Shown in pieces: positions 11,280-20,261 of a stretch of 64,000 bases of DNA. The stretch covers positions 1,312,001 to 1,376,000 of the forward strand of contig CAVOFT010000001.1 of NCBI GenBank assembly GCA_963695095.1. The letters run 5' to 3'. Source of the DNA: an uncultured bacterium (GTDB lineage Bacteria; Krumholzibacteriota; Krumholzibacteriia; JACNKJ01). Numbering within the stretch: the stretch's first letter is position 1; every line of letters begins with the position of its first letter. The translations under genes and the position numbers were made by a program. The notes below the pieces were generated by a model. That model worked only from the letters and a program-made list of their open reading frames with translations, was not told the origin of the DNA and did no database searches.

Positions 11280-12026
11280 ATGGAGAACAGGGTGGCGGTG
11301 ATCACCGGCGCGAGCAGCGGCATCGGCGCCGCCCTCGCCGAGCTGCTGGCCACGCGGGGGGATGCCGTCGTGCTGGTGGCGCGGCGCGCCGAGATCCTTG
11401 CGGCCGTTGCGGCGCGTTGCGGCGAGGGCGCGCTGACCGTCATTGCGGACGTCACCCATCGCGCGGACGTGGAGCGCGCGGCGGCCTCTGCGCTCGCGCG
11501 CTTCGGGCGCATCGACGTGTGGGTGAACAACGCCGGGCAGGGGATCACGCGCCCGCCATCCGCGCTCACGGACGAGGACATGGACCGGATGATGCGCGCC
11601 AACGTGCACTCGGCGCTCTACGGCATGCAGGCCGTGCTGCCGCACTTCCGCTCGCGCGGGGAGGGCCACGTGATCAACGTGTCCTCGATGCTCGGCCGCG
11701 TGCCCTTCGCAACGGTGCGCTCGGCCTACTGCGGGGCCAAGCACTTCCTCAACGCGCTCACGATCGCGATGCGCGCGGAAGTGCAAGCGGCCCACCCGGG
11801 CATCCAGTTCAGCCTGGTCTCACCGGGCGTGGTCTACACGGACTTCGGCCTCAATGCCCTGCACGGCGGACCGGACTCGCGGCAGTTCCCCGAGGGGCAG
11901 AGCGCCGCCGAGGTGGCCGCCGTGATCGCCGGGGTCATCGACTCGCGGCGCCCGGACGTCTACACCCGGGCCGGCGCGCGGCAGCGAGTGCTCGACTACT
12001 ACGCCACGATCGGGGAGGACCCATGA
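11280..12026 (+). CDS. Short-chain dehydrogenase/reductase
   Basis: TGASSGIG, NNAG, NVSS, YCGAK (YxxxK), PG-x-V-x-T. Confidence 0.92.
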   Translation: MENRVAVITGASSGIGAALAELLATRGDAVVLVARRAEILAAVAARCGEGALTVIADVTHRADVERAAASALARFGRIDVWVNNAGQGITRPPSALTDEDMDRMMRANVHSALYGMQAVLPHFRSRGEGHVINVSSMLGRVPFATVRSAYCGAKHFLNALTIAMRAEVQAAHPGIQFSLVSPGVVYTDFGLNALHGGPDSRQFPEGQSAAEVAAVIAGVIDSRRPDVYTRAGARQRVLDYYATIGEDP

Positions 12027-12520
12027 CGATGCGATCCCGCCTGGCGGCTGGCGCCGCCGCCTTCACCCTCACGCTGGGAGCAGCCCGCATGGCTCCTGCC
12101 GCCGATTGCCACGCGCTCAAGCATCTCACCTGGCTGCTGGGGAGCTGGCGCGCCGAGGCGGGCACGCGCGTGATCAGCGAACACTGGGCCGCCGTGTCCA
12201 CGGAGACCTGGGAGGGTTTCGGCGAGACGCGGGCGGCCGCCCCCGGGGGCGAAGCCGCCGGCGCGGTGGTGGAGAGCGAGTCGCTGCGCCTCGTCGAGAT
12301 GGCGGGCGAGGTGTTCTACATCGCCAAGGTGGCGCACAACCTGCTGCCCGCTGCCTTTCGGCTGGGCGAGTGCGGGGAGGGCTACGCGGTCTTCGAGAAT
12401 CCGGACCACGATTTTCCGCGCCGGATCGCCTATCGCCTGGACGGGGGCAGGCTGATCGTCGAGGTCAGCGACGGTGAAGTGGGCGGCAAGGGCTTCACGC
12501 TGAACTTCACGCGCAACTGA
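12023..12520 (+). CDS. Secreted DUF6265-like protein
   Basis: ATGA overlap with SDR stop; signal peptide; LTWLLGSW, EHW, FENPDHDFPRRIAY. The 808-aa track ORF is over-extended. Confidence 0.78.
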   Translation: MTMRSRLAAGAAAFTLTLGAARMAPAADCHALKHLTWLLGSWRAEAGTRVISEHWAAVSTETWEGFGETRAAAPGGEAAGAVVESESLRLVEMAGEVFYIAKVAHNLLPAAFRLGECGEGYAVFENPDHDFPRRIAYRLDGGRLIVEVSDGEVGGKGFTLNFTRN

Positions 12521-12528
12521 GTCGTCTG

Positions 12529-13062
12529 CTAGCGGCCGCAGCGCTCGGCGTAGAAGGTCTCCACGCGCTCGCGCGTGGGGAAGCTGAGCGCCGCGTAGGC
12601 CAGGAAGGCCCCGGCGCTCAGCGCGTTGAGCCAGTAGAGCGGCTGCTCGCGCAGGGCGCCGCCGCGGGCGGCGAGCAGGCAGGTGACGAGGCCGAAGAGG
12701 GCCGGCCCTTCGAGCAGGGCGAGGCGCAGGAGGCCGGCGCTGCGAATGGCGGCCAGGGCAGCTGCAGCCTCGCTGGCGCCGCTCTCGGGGCGCGCTCGGG
12801 CGAGCAGAGCGGTCTGCAGCATGGGCGCCAGGCTCCAGATGCCGATGGCCATGGCCCCGTGGACGAGGCTGAGCAGGGTGAGCGTAGCCGGCGGCGTGGC
12901 AAGCGCGGCGGCCTGCGGCCGGATGGCGAGCAGCACGACGACAAGGCTGAACAAGAGCACGCCCGCCATCAGCGCGGCCTGGATGGCCTGCATGGCGCGC
13001 AGCTCGTTCGGGCCGAGGGCCTGCCGGAAGGCCTGCTTGCGCGTCGGGTCGCCAGCGTTCAT
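12529..13062 (-). CDS. Four-TM hypothetical membrane protein
   Basis: AGGAGG RBS before ATG 13062; four hydrophobic segments; ALLEGPALFG and FPT motifs. Confidence 0.7.
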   Translation of the reverse strand: MNAGDPTRKQAFRQALGPNELRAMQAIQAALMAGVLLFSLVVVLLAIRPQAAALATPPATLTLLSLVHGAMAIGIWSLAPMLQTALLARARPESGASEAAAALAAIRSAGLLRLALLEGPALFGLVTCLLAARGGALREQPLYWLNALSAGAFLAYAALSFPTRERVETFYAERCGR

Positions 13063-13173
13063 GCTGACCTCCTGGAGCGAGCGCACCCAGGCTAGCCGCC
13101 GCTGCGGCGGGTGGCAATGGAATCCTCATCCCGCCCCGGTTCCTGCCGCCGCGCTCGAGACCTGGAGCACCGG

Positions 13174-13875
13174 ATGGATTGGGATCCCTACCTCTACCAG
13201 CGCTTCGCTACGATGCGAATCCAACCGGGATTGGACCTGCTATCCCGGGTGCCGCTCGCGGATGCACGGCGCATCGTCGATCTGGGATGCGGCCCCGGGG
13301 ATCTGACCGCCAAGCTCGCCAGCAAGTGGCCTGCAGCGGCGGTGCTCGGGGTGGATAGCTCCGAGTCCATGCTTTGCCGAGCAACGCTGCCGCAATGGGG
13401 ACCTTACCTGGTGCAACTTGAAGGCGGCGAGCTGGCACTCGCTCAGAACGAAGGCGCACGGGTGATGTGGCAGCGAGCTGACATCGCCGAGTGGGAGCCG
13501 GCGCCGGGGGAGGCGCCGGACCTGATCTACTCGAACGCCGCTCTCCACTGGCTGCCCGACCACGAGGCGCTCTTTCCGCGTCTGCTCGGCCTGCTCGCCC
13601 CCGGAGGTCGCCTGGCCGTGCAGATGCCGCAGAGCTGGGGTCTGCCATCGCATCGGCTCATGCGGGAGACCCTGGCCGAGGGCGGCGTGGGCGGCGCGCC
13701 GCTCGGGACTCCCGAGCTGCGCGCGCGGATGGCGCGGCGGCCCGTGGCCGAGGCCGTCCACTATCGCGCGCTGCTCGCCCCGCACTGCGAGCGCCTGCGC
13801 GTGGCCTACCCTGCCGGGGCCGACGGCCGCGTGCCCTACCCCTTCGAGCGGCTCTTCATCGTCGCCAACGTCTAG
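13174..13875 (+). pseudogene. tam: trans-Aconitate 2-methyltransferase homologue with an in-frame internal deletion and an insertion
   Basis: MDWDPYLY-x-RF, DLGCGPG, GVDSSESML, SNAALHW, LAVQMP, YPFERLFIVA. The usual W-ET-x-Y...WVKGTGLRP segment between LLAPHC and ERLRVAYP is absent. Confidence 0.6.
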
Positions 13876-14198
13876 CCCTGGGCCGTCACGAGCACCCGCT
13901 GGCCACCTGCGCGGCACTGGCCGGGGCGGAGTGTACACGTGTACAAATCGAGCCGCCCTGCCGGGAGCGGCCTGGTCATCAGGTCATGGCCAGGCTCAGG
14001 ATCGTGACAAGGCGTCTGGCATGAGCCCGAGCTGCCGCGCGTGCTCATCGACGAGGGCACCACAACGCGTCGACGGCTGGGGGAACACGCCATCCTGGCC
14101 GGCGGCGCTAGCGCCGCCGCGTTCGCTGGCGCCGCGAATCCCCCGGAATCATGGCGCTGACCGGGCGTAGGCTGGCGGTGTTCGCCGCCCCTGGAGCG

Positions 14199-14495
14199 AT
14201 GCAGTTGAAGGAACCCTCGCTCAAGCTGCCCGGCGCCTTCCTGCCCCTCGCCATGTCCGCCATCGGTTTGGCGATGATCTTGATCCACCTCACCAGGTTC
14301 GGCATCGTGCATCAGGAGGACGAGGGTACGCCGGCGCGGCTCTTCCAGCTCCTCATGGCCGCGCAGCTGCCGATCATGCTCTTTTTCGCGGCCCGCTGGC
14401 TGCCCGTGGCGCCGCGCCAGGCGCTTGCGATTCTCGCCCTGCAGATCGCGGCGGCGACGGTGCCGGTCCTGCTCATTCTGTACCTCGAAAGCTAG
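14199..14495 (+). CDS. Small three-TM membrane protein
   Basis: GGAG RBS then ATG; AFLPLAMS, DEGTPARLFQLLM, W-L-P-x-AP. Confidence 0.65.
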   Translation: MQLKEPSLKLPGAFLPLAMSAIGLAMILIHLTRFGIVHQEDEGTPARLFQLLMAAQLPIMLFFAARWLPVAPRQALAILALQIAAATVPVLLILYLES

Positions 14496-14656
14496 TATCC
14501 CCTTCAAGGCTCGACAGTGCGAAGCAAGGCGAGGCACGGGCTTGATCCGGGGCGACGCGGAGCCTAGAATCCGAATCGCAATGCAGCGCTCGGCCCCGCT
14601 CCTGCCCGCGCGGTTCTCGACGATGGTGCTGCGCCCTGCAATCAGAGAGGTAAAAC

Positions 14657-15143
14657 ATGACGGAAGCGGAGCGACTGTCTGCCGCGTCGCCGGTGGTGGC
14701 GGTGAAGGCCGGTGCCGATTGTCTCGGCGAGCAGCGTGGGCTGGGCGTGAGCGTCGTCGCCTTCAAGGTGCTGCCGCCCGACGAGAGCGGCCTGCTCGTG
14801 CTGGAGAACACCTTCCACGCCAAGGGCGGGCCGCCCCGCCATCTGCATCACGAGCAGGACGAGTGGTTCTACGTGGCCGAAGGCGAGTTCATCCTGGAAG
14901 TCGGGCAGGAGCGCTTCGCACTGCAGATCCGGCGACTCGCTGCTCGCCCCGCGCGGGGTGCCGCACGTCTGGGCCCACGTCGGCGCTGCGCGCGGCAGGA
15001 TGCTGGTCAGCTTCATGCCGGCCGGGAAGATGGTGGCCTTCTTTCGCGAAGTGACCAGGGCCAACGCGATGCCGCCGCAAGACCCGGCCCTCTGGCGCGC
15101 GCACGGGATGGAGCTGCTCGGGCCGCCGCTGGCGATCGAGTAG
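14657..15143 (+). CDS. Cupin-domain protein; +1 frameshift at ~14927
   Basis: GGPPRHLHHEQDEWFYVAEG, then in the next frame GDSLLAPRGVPHVW...PAGKM...HGMELLGPPL. Confidence 0.85.
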
Positions 15144-15221
15144 CGACGATGGCGCCTGCCGGCCTTGGCGATCGCTGGATGGCTGGGGGGAACCAGGAGG
15201 ACTCAATTGCCTGCGAACCGG

Positions 15222-15929
15222 TCAGGTCGCCCGATTCGATTTCGAGCCAGGCCAGTTGGGCACTGCGTCGTCTCGGGATCCCAGTCCCATGCCTGCCTGG
15301 AAGCTCGCAGAAAGGGCCTCGCACAGGGGGCCGCGAACAAGCCCACCCCGTAGCGCTCCCAGGAACTCCTCATGCCGCCTACCTGAGCGGTACTCCGGCT
15401 CCCTTGGCGGATGATTGAGCCATCGTTCAATGCCGGCAATGTCGGGCTCGATCAGCAGCGTGCTCGAGTAGTACAGCAGCCCCTGCTCGCGATAGATCGC
15501 CGAGCCGCCAACCTTGCGATCCCCGAGCACCAGGTCGCTGATCCCGCGCTGCTCGACCCCCGGCGCGCCCGCCGCGGCCAGCGCCTCGATCAGCCAGGCC
15601 GACAGCCGCGCGAAGGCGGCCTTCGAGCCGCCGATCCCCGGCATCGGCAGCGCGACGCTCACGATCAAGTTCCCCGGATCCAGCAACACCGCACACCCGC
15701 CGCCGCGCCGCCGGAACACCGGCAGGCCGTCGGCCAGCACCGCGTCCAGGTGCAGCTCGACTTCGGGCTTCGACCCGCGGCCGAGCACAATGGCAGTGGA
15801 TTCGTGGGGGCGAAGCGTCCAGCGCGCCACGCCATCCGCGCGCACGGCCTCGAGCAGCGGCTCGTCATCGAGCCATGGCGAAATGCGAAGCCCTGAAGCA
15901 TGAAGCTCGGGCTCGGGCGGCGCGCCCAC
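15222..15929 (-). CDS. Lipoate-protein ligase A family catalytic domain (BPL/LplA/LipB); C-terminal end uncertain
   Basis: IVLGR, RRRGGGCAVLLDPGNL, ISDL, RKVGGSA, HPPREPEYR; starts 1 nt after the lpdA stop. Confidence 0.82.
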   Translation of the reverse strand: MGAPPEPELHASGLRISPWLDDEPLLEAVRADGVARWTLRPHESTAIVLGRGSKPEVELHLDAVLADGLPVFRRRGGGCAVLLDPGNLIVSVALPMPGIGGSKAAFARLSAWLIEALAAAGAPGVEQRGISDLVLGDRKVGGSAIYREQGLLYYSSTLLIEPDIAGIERWLNHPPREPEYRSGRRHEEFLGALRGGLVRGPLCEALSASFQAGMGLGSRDDAVPNWPGSKSNRAT

Positions 15930-15930
15930 G

Positions 15931-17355
15931 CTACTTCTTCTTCGGCGCGGCCAGGTGCACGCCCGTGCCGGCCGCCATCTCGGCCGCCTCGAGCAGGCTC
16001 TCGGAGAAGGTCGGGTGGGGGTGGATGGTCACCAGCAGGTCGGTCAGCGTCGCGCCCATCTCGAGCGCCAAGGTGCCCTCGGCGATCAGCTCGCTTGCGT
16101 GCGCGCCCACGATGGCCACGCCGAGGAGGCGTTCGCTCTCGGGATCGGCCAGCACCTTGACGAAGCCCTCCGTGCGGCCGATCGCCTTGGCCCGCCCTAA
16201 GGCGCTGAGCGGAAAGCGGCCCACCTTGACTTTCACGCCCTTGGTTTCGGCCTCCTGCTCGGTGAGGCCCACCCAGGCGATCTCGGGGTCCGTGAAGACC
16301 ACGGCCGGGATCGCCCGGTTGTCGAAGGCGCTCGGCTGGCCCGCGATCACCTCCGCGGCCACCTTGCCCTCGCGGCTCGCCTTGTGCGCGAGCATGGGCC
16401 CGGGCGCCACGTCGCCGATGGCGAAGATGTGCGCCACCTTCGTGCGGCAGCCCTCGTCCGTCGGAATGCGGCCATCGCCGTCGAGCTCCAGGCCGATCGT
16501 CTCCAGGCCGAGATCGTCCGTGTTCGGCTTGCGCCCCACGGCCACCAGCACGCGGTCGTAGTGGCGGCTGAACAGCTCGCCGCCGTGCTCGATGTCCACG
16601 CGGAAGCCCTGGCCCTCGCCCAGCTCCTTGATGCCGACCACCTTGCTCTCGAGCAGCAGCTCCTCGAAGCGCGCCTCGCAGTTCTTCAGCACCGGCCGCA
16701 CCAGGTCCGGGTCCGCGCCCATGAGCAGGTTCGGGAACAGCTCCACCATGCTCACCTTGCTGCCGAGCCCCTGGTAGACCAGCCCCAGTTCCAGGCCGAT
16801 GTAGCCGCCGCCCACGACGAGCAGGGTGTCGGGGATCTCGGGAATCTCCAGCGCCTCGGCGCTGGACCAGACCGGCAGGTCGTAGGCCGGCGGAATCTCG
16901 TTGATGCGACTGCCCGTGGCGATGATCGCCTGCTTGAAGCGGATGCGGCTCACCTCGCCGCCTTCAATTGCGAGTTCGTGGGTGCCGGCGAAGCGCGCGT
17001 AGCCCTTCACCACTTCCACGCCGCGCTTCTCGAGCAGGCCAGCGATGCCGCCGGTCAGGCTGTCCACCACCTGCTGGATCCAGTCGTGCAGCTTGGCGCG
17101 ATCGAACTTGGGCTTGCCGAAGGTCAGTCCCATCTGCGCTGCCTCGCGCGCGGTGTGCGCGATCTCCACCGCGTTGATCAAGGCCTTGGACGGAATGCAG
17201 CCCTCGCGCAGGCACACCCCGCCCAGCTTCTCGGCCGTCTCCACGAGCGTCACTTCCAGCCCCAGATCCGCCGCGCGCAGGGCGGCCACGTAGCCGCCCG
17301 GCCCGCCGCCGATCACGACGACGCCGGTCTCCAGCTCCAGGCTGCCCATCACCAT
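15931..17355 (-). CDS. lpdA: Dihydrolipoamide dehydrogenase (E3)
   Basis: GGGPGGY, GGVCLREGCIPSKAL, GGGYIGLE, GPMLAHKA, HPHPTFSE. Confidence 0.97.
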   Translation of the reverse strand: MVMGSLELETGVVVIGGGPGGYVAALRAADLGLEVTLVETAEKLGGVCLREGCIPSKALINAVEIAHTAREAAQMGLTFGKPKFDRAKLHDWIQQVVDSLTGGIAGLLEKRGVEVVKGYARFAGTHELAIEGGEVSRIRFKQAIIATGSRINEIPPAYDLPVWSSAEALEIPEIPDTLLVVGGGYIGLELGLVYQGLGSKVSMVELFPNLLMGADPDLVRPVLKNCEARFEELLLESKVVGIKELGEGQGFRVDIEHGGELFSRHYDRVLVAVGRKPNTDDLGLETIGLELDGDGRIPTDEGCRTKVAHIFAIGDVAPGPMLAHKASREGKVAAEVIAGQPSAFDNRAIPAVVFTDPEIAWVGLTEQEAETKGVKVKVGRFPLSALGRAKAIGRTEGFVKVLADPESERLLGVAIVGAHASELIAEGTLALEMGATLTDLLVTIHPHPTFSESLLEAAEMAAGTGVHLAAPKKK

Positions 17356-17407
17356 GGTGGCTCCTTCATTCGGTTGAAAAGGTCAGGGTCGATCCGTCCG
17401 TCGGGTC

Positions 17408-17992
17408 TCACCGCGCAACTGCCGAATGGAAGTAGAAATCGAGCATGGCGCTCAATGGTGCGGCATCCCGCTTCAGTCGGCTGCGAAGCGCCGCGCCCTC
17501 CCAGCAATCCACCAGGACGCTCGCCATCCTTCCAGCGTCGGAGTCCGCCGGTATGTCACCCCTGTGCCGGGCTTCCTCCAGGCAAGCGGCCATGCGCGCC
17601 GCGATGCCGGAGAAGCACTCCTCGATCTTGGCTCGGAAGACCTCGCTTGCTCCGGAAAGCTCCTGCCCGAGCCCGCCGAGCAGGCACCCCATGTAGCCCT
17701 CTTGCCGGTAGTGCTGCTCCGTCATCTCGAAGAAGAGACGCACCCGCTCCAGGGGGGCGCGGCTCACGTCGTCCAGACAAGCGTCCAGGCCGGTGTGAAC
17801 CTCCTGCATGTACCTGTCGATGACCTGAAGCGCGAAGTCCTCTTTGTCTTTGAAGTGGTGGTAGAACGACCCCTTCGGAATCCCCGCGCCGATCAGCAGC
17901 GCCTTGATGCCCAGGCCGTTGTAGCCCTGCTCGAGCAGCATTCGCAATCCAGCGATCAGCAGGCGATCCTTGGTCGGGTGTGTCGATGCCAT
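17408..17992 (-). CDS. TetR-family repressor, NemR-like
   Basis: GIPKGSFYHHFKDKEDFA HTH, GCLLG-x-L-x-QE (position of the NemR sensing Cys), WEGA. Alternative GTG start at 18010. Confidence 0.88.
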   Translation of the reverse strand: MASTHPTKDRLLIAGLRMLLEQGYNGLGIKALLIGAGIPKGSFYHHFKDKEDFALQVIDRYMQEVHTGLDACLDDVSRAPLERVRLFFEMTEQHYRQEGYMGCLLGGLGQELSGASEVFRAKIEECFSGIAARMAACLEEARHRGDIPADSDAGRMASVLVDCWEGAALRSRLKRDAAPLSAMLDFYFHSAVAR

Positions 17993-18192
17993 TCTCTTTG
18001 CGCTCTTCACCGAATCGCCCCGGGCATCCCGGGGGCGCCGTTAGTTGCGGGCATCCACGGTGGCCTGATGCTCCCGCTGCCCATCGTAGTGCGCTGGCCG
18101 CGCGGCCGCATAGATCTTCCTGCGTAGCGGCAAGCCGCCGAGGCCTCACCCACGCAAGGCCTCGGCCGTCTGGCCCTCATCCCCGCGGCGAG

Positions 18193-18582
18193 CTATTTCC
18201 CCTTCACCTTCGCGATCATGTGGTTGATGACATGGCTGTGCTCAGACTGGGGACTGAACATCACGATCTCCGCATCGGCGTCGACCCTGACGTTGTGACC
18301 GGGGGGCCAGTAGAACAGGTCGTTCCCGTTGACCGTCTCCTGCATCCCATTGGCGTCGGTCGTGGTGATCCGCCCGTGCAGGACGAAGCCCCAGTGGGGG
18401 CACTGGCAAAGGCCGCCCTCCAACCCTTCGAACAGCGGCGTGGTGTCGACACCTGCCGCCAGGGTGAAGCACTCCGCGCTGATCGGGCCTAATCCGCTGG
18501 CGTCACCGAATCCCTTCTGCTGACGGACGATGGCCCCAGGGATCTCCATCTGCACTTCGACCGCGTCCTTCGTGATCCGCAT
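18193..18582 (-). CDS. Small cupin-like protein with CQCPHWG motif
   Basis: PLFEGLEGGLCQCPHWGFVL-x-G, LFYWPPGH, VMFSP-x-x-EH; GAAGGAG RBS. Confidence 0.85.
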   Translation of the reverse strand: MRITKDAVEVQMEIPGAIVRQQKGFGDASGLGPISAECFTLAAGVDTTPLFEGLEGGLCQCPHWGFVLHGRITTTDANGMQETVNGNDLFYWPPGHNVRVDADAEIVMFSPQSEHSHVINHMIAKVKGK

Positions 18583-18616
18583 GCTGGTATCTCCTTCGGG
18601 GGTGGTTAGTTGAGAG

Positions 18617-18632
18617 TAGACCGACCGGTCTA
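18617..18632. promoter_or_regulatory. NemR-type operator TAGACCGACCGGTCTA
   Basis: TAGACC-N4-GGTCTA palindrome matching the NemR box pattern, upstream of the cupin-TetR pair. Confidence 0.85.
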
Positions 18633-18639
18633 TATTGCG

Positions 18640-18667
18640 AAGATACCAACAATACCAGCTTTGTCAA
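18640..18667 (-). promoter_or_regulatory. Sigma70-like promoter for cupin-tetR
   Basis: Minus strand TTGACA-16 nt-TATCTT with TG extension, immediately upstream of the operator. Confidence 0.65.
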
Positions 18668-18892
18668 GGTATAGTGCTGCAGCCCGGTTGCATCGAGGGG
18701 GCGTGGGAAGTTCCGCGCTTCCCCAGTGACCGGCTGTCCAGAGAGTTCCCCCAGCCACCTCGGCTCAATCAACTAACACATTGTAAAGACATCAATTACA
18801 CGTCACGCGCTAAGGTATGCGCGACGCCCCGGCGCGCACAGCATCGTCTGCGCCTGCCTCTCCATCTCACCGCCTGGAGCGGGCGTCCGCGG

Positions 18893-20251
18893 TCAGGCCT
18901 TGCCGGCCAGCCAGGACAGGGGATCGGCGAGCTGCGCCATCATCGTCGTGACGAAGCGCGCGGCGTCGGCGCCGTCGGCGACGCGGTGGTCGAAGGCCAG
19001 GCTGAGCGGCAGGATGCTGCGGATCACGATCTCGCCCGCCCGCACGACGGGTTTCTCCTGCACGCGACCCATGGCGAGAATCGCCACCTCGGGGTAGTTG
19101 ATCGTGGCCAGGAGCGCCGTGCCGCCCAGCGGCCCCACGTTGGTGATCGTGAAGGTGCCGCCGCGCAGCTCGCTTACCTCGATCTTGCCGTCCCGCGCCC
19201 GCTCCGCGAGATCGCGAATGTCGGTGGCGATCTCGACCACGCTCTTCTTGTCGACCTCGCGCACCACGGGCACGATCAGGCCGCGCCCCGTGTCCACGGC
19301 GATGCCGATGTTGATGTACTTCTTGTAGACGATCTCCTCGCGGAAGGGATCGAGGCTCGCGTTGAAGGCGCGCGCTTCCTTCAGCCCCTCGGCCACGGCC
19401 TTGGCCACGAAGGCGAGCAGGGTGGGCGCCGCGCCGTCGCGCCCCACCAGGCGCTCCTTCTCGCGCTGGCGGAAGGCCTCCAGCTCGGTCACGTCGGCCT
19501 CGTCCATGTGCGCCACGTGGGGGACGAGGATCATCGAGCTGGTCATCTTGTGCGCCACCTTGCGACGAATCGAGCGCAGCGGCTCGCGCTCGACCTCGCC
19601 CCACTGCGCGAAGTCGGGCATGGGCTCGACGTCGAAGAAGGGGATGCCGCCGCCCGCCCAGGCCATGCGCGGCCCGCCCCCGGGGGCGGCGTCCGCAGCT
19701 TCCGCCGCGCCGCCGCCGGCCTGGAAGCGATTCAGATCCTCCGCGGTGACTCGCCCGCCGGGGCCAGTGGGCGGCACCTGATGCAGGTCGATGCCCAGCT
19801 CGCGCGCCAGGCGCCGCACGGCCGGCGCTGCGGCCACCGGACCCGCCCCCGGGGGCGGGCTGGTGGCAGCGGCCGGGGCTGCTGGAGCGGCCGGCTTGGC
19901 GGCCGGCGGCGTGGGCCGCGCGGGCACCGGAGTCGGCGGCGTCGGCGCCGGCGCTTCGGGCTTGGCCGGCGCTTCGGCCTTCGCGGGCGCCTTTGCGGCC
20001 GGCGCGCCGGCCGCGGCGCCAGAATCGATGACGGCGATGATGCTGCCCACCATCACCACGTCGCCCACCTTGCCGCCCTGCCGGGTCAGCGTGCCGCCGG
20101 CGGGGGAGGGAATCGTCACCGCGGCCTTGTCGGTCTCCACGTCCACCAGCGGCGCGTCCTCGGCGATCTGGCCGCCCTCGGCCACGTGCCACTTGAGGAT
20201 CTCGCCCTCGTGGACGCCTTCGCCCAGGTCCGGCAGCTTGAACTCGAACAC
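18893..20251 (-). CDS. pdhC: Dihydrolipoamide acyltransferase (E2), single lipoyl domain
   Basis: FKLPDLGEG, VETDKA, Ala/Pro linker, PAVRRLARELGIDL, GGTFTITNVG, FDHRVADGA. Confidence 0.93.
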   Translation of the reverse strand: MFEFKLPDLGEGVHEGEILKWHVAEGGQIAEDAPLVDVETDKAAVTIPSPAGGTLTRQGGKVGDVVMVGSIIAVIDSGAAAGAPAAKAPAKAEAPAKPEAPAPTPPTPVPARPTPPAAKPAAPAAPAAATSPPPGAGPVAAAPAVRRLARELGIDLHQVPPTGPGGRVTAEDLNRFQAGGGAAEAADAAPGGGPRMAWAGGGIPFFDVEPMPDFAQWGEVEREPLRSIRRKVAHKMTSSMILVPHVAHMDEADVTELEAFRQREKERLVGRDGAAPTLLAFVAKAVAEGLKEARAFNASLDPFREEIVYKKYINIGIAVDTGRGLIVPVVREVDKKSVVEIATDIRDLAERARDGKIEVSELRGGTFTITNVGPLGGTALLATINYPEVAILAMGRVQEKPVVRAGEIVIRSILPLSLAFDHRVADGADAARFVTTMMAQLADPLSWLAGKA

Positions 20252-20261
20252 GGCGCCTCCC

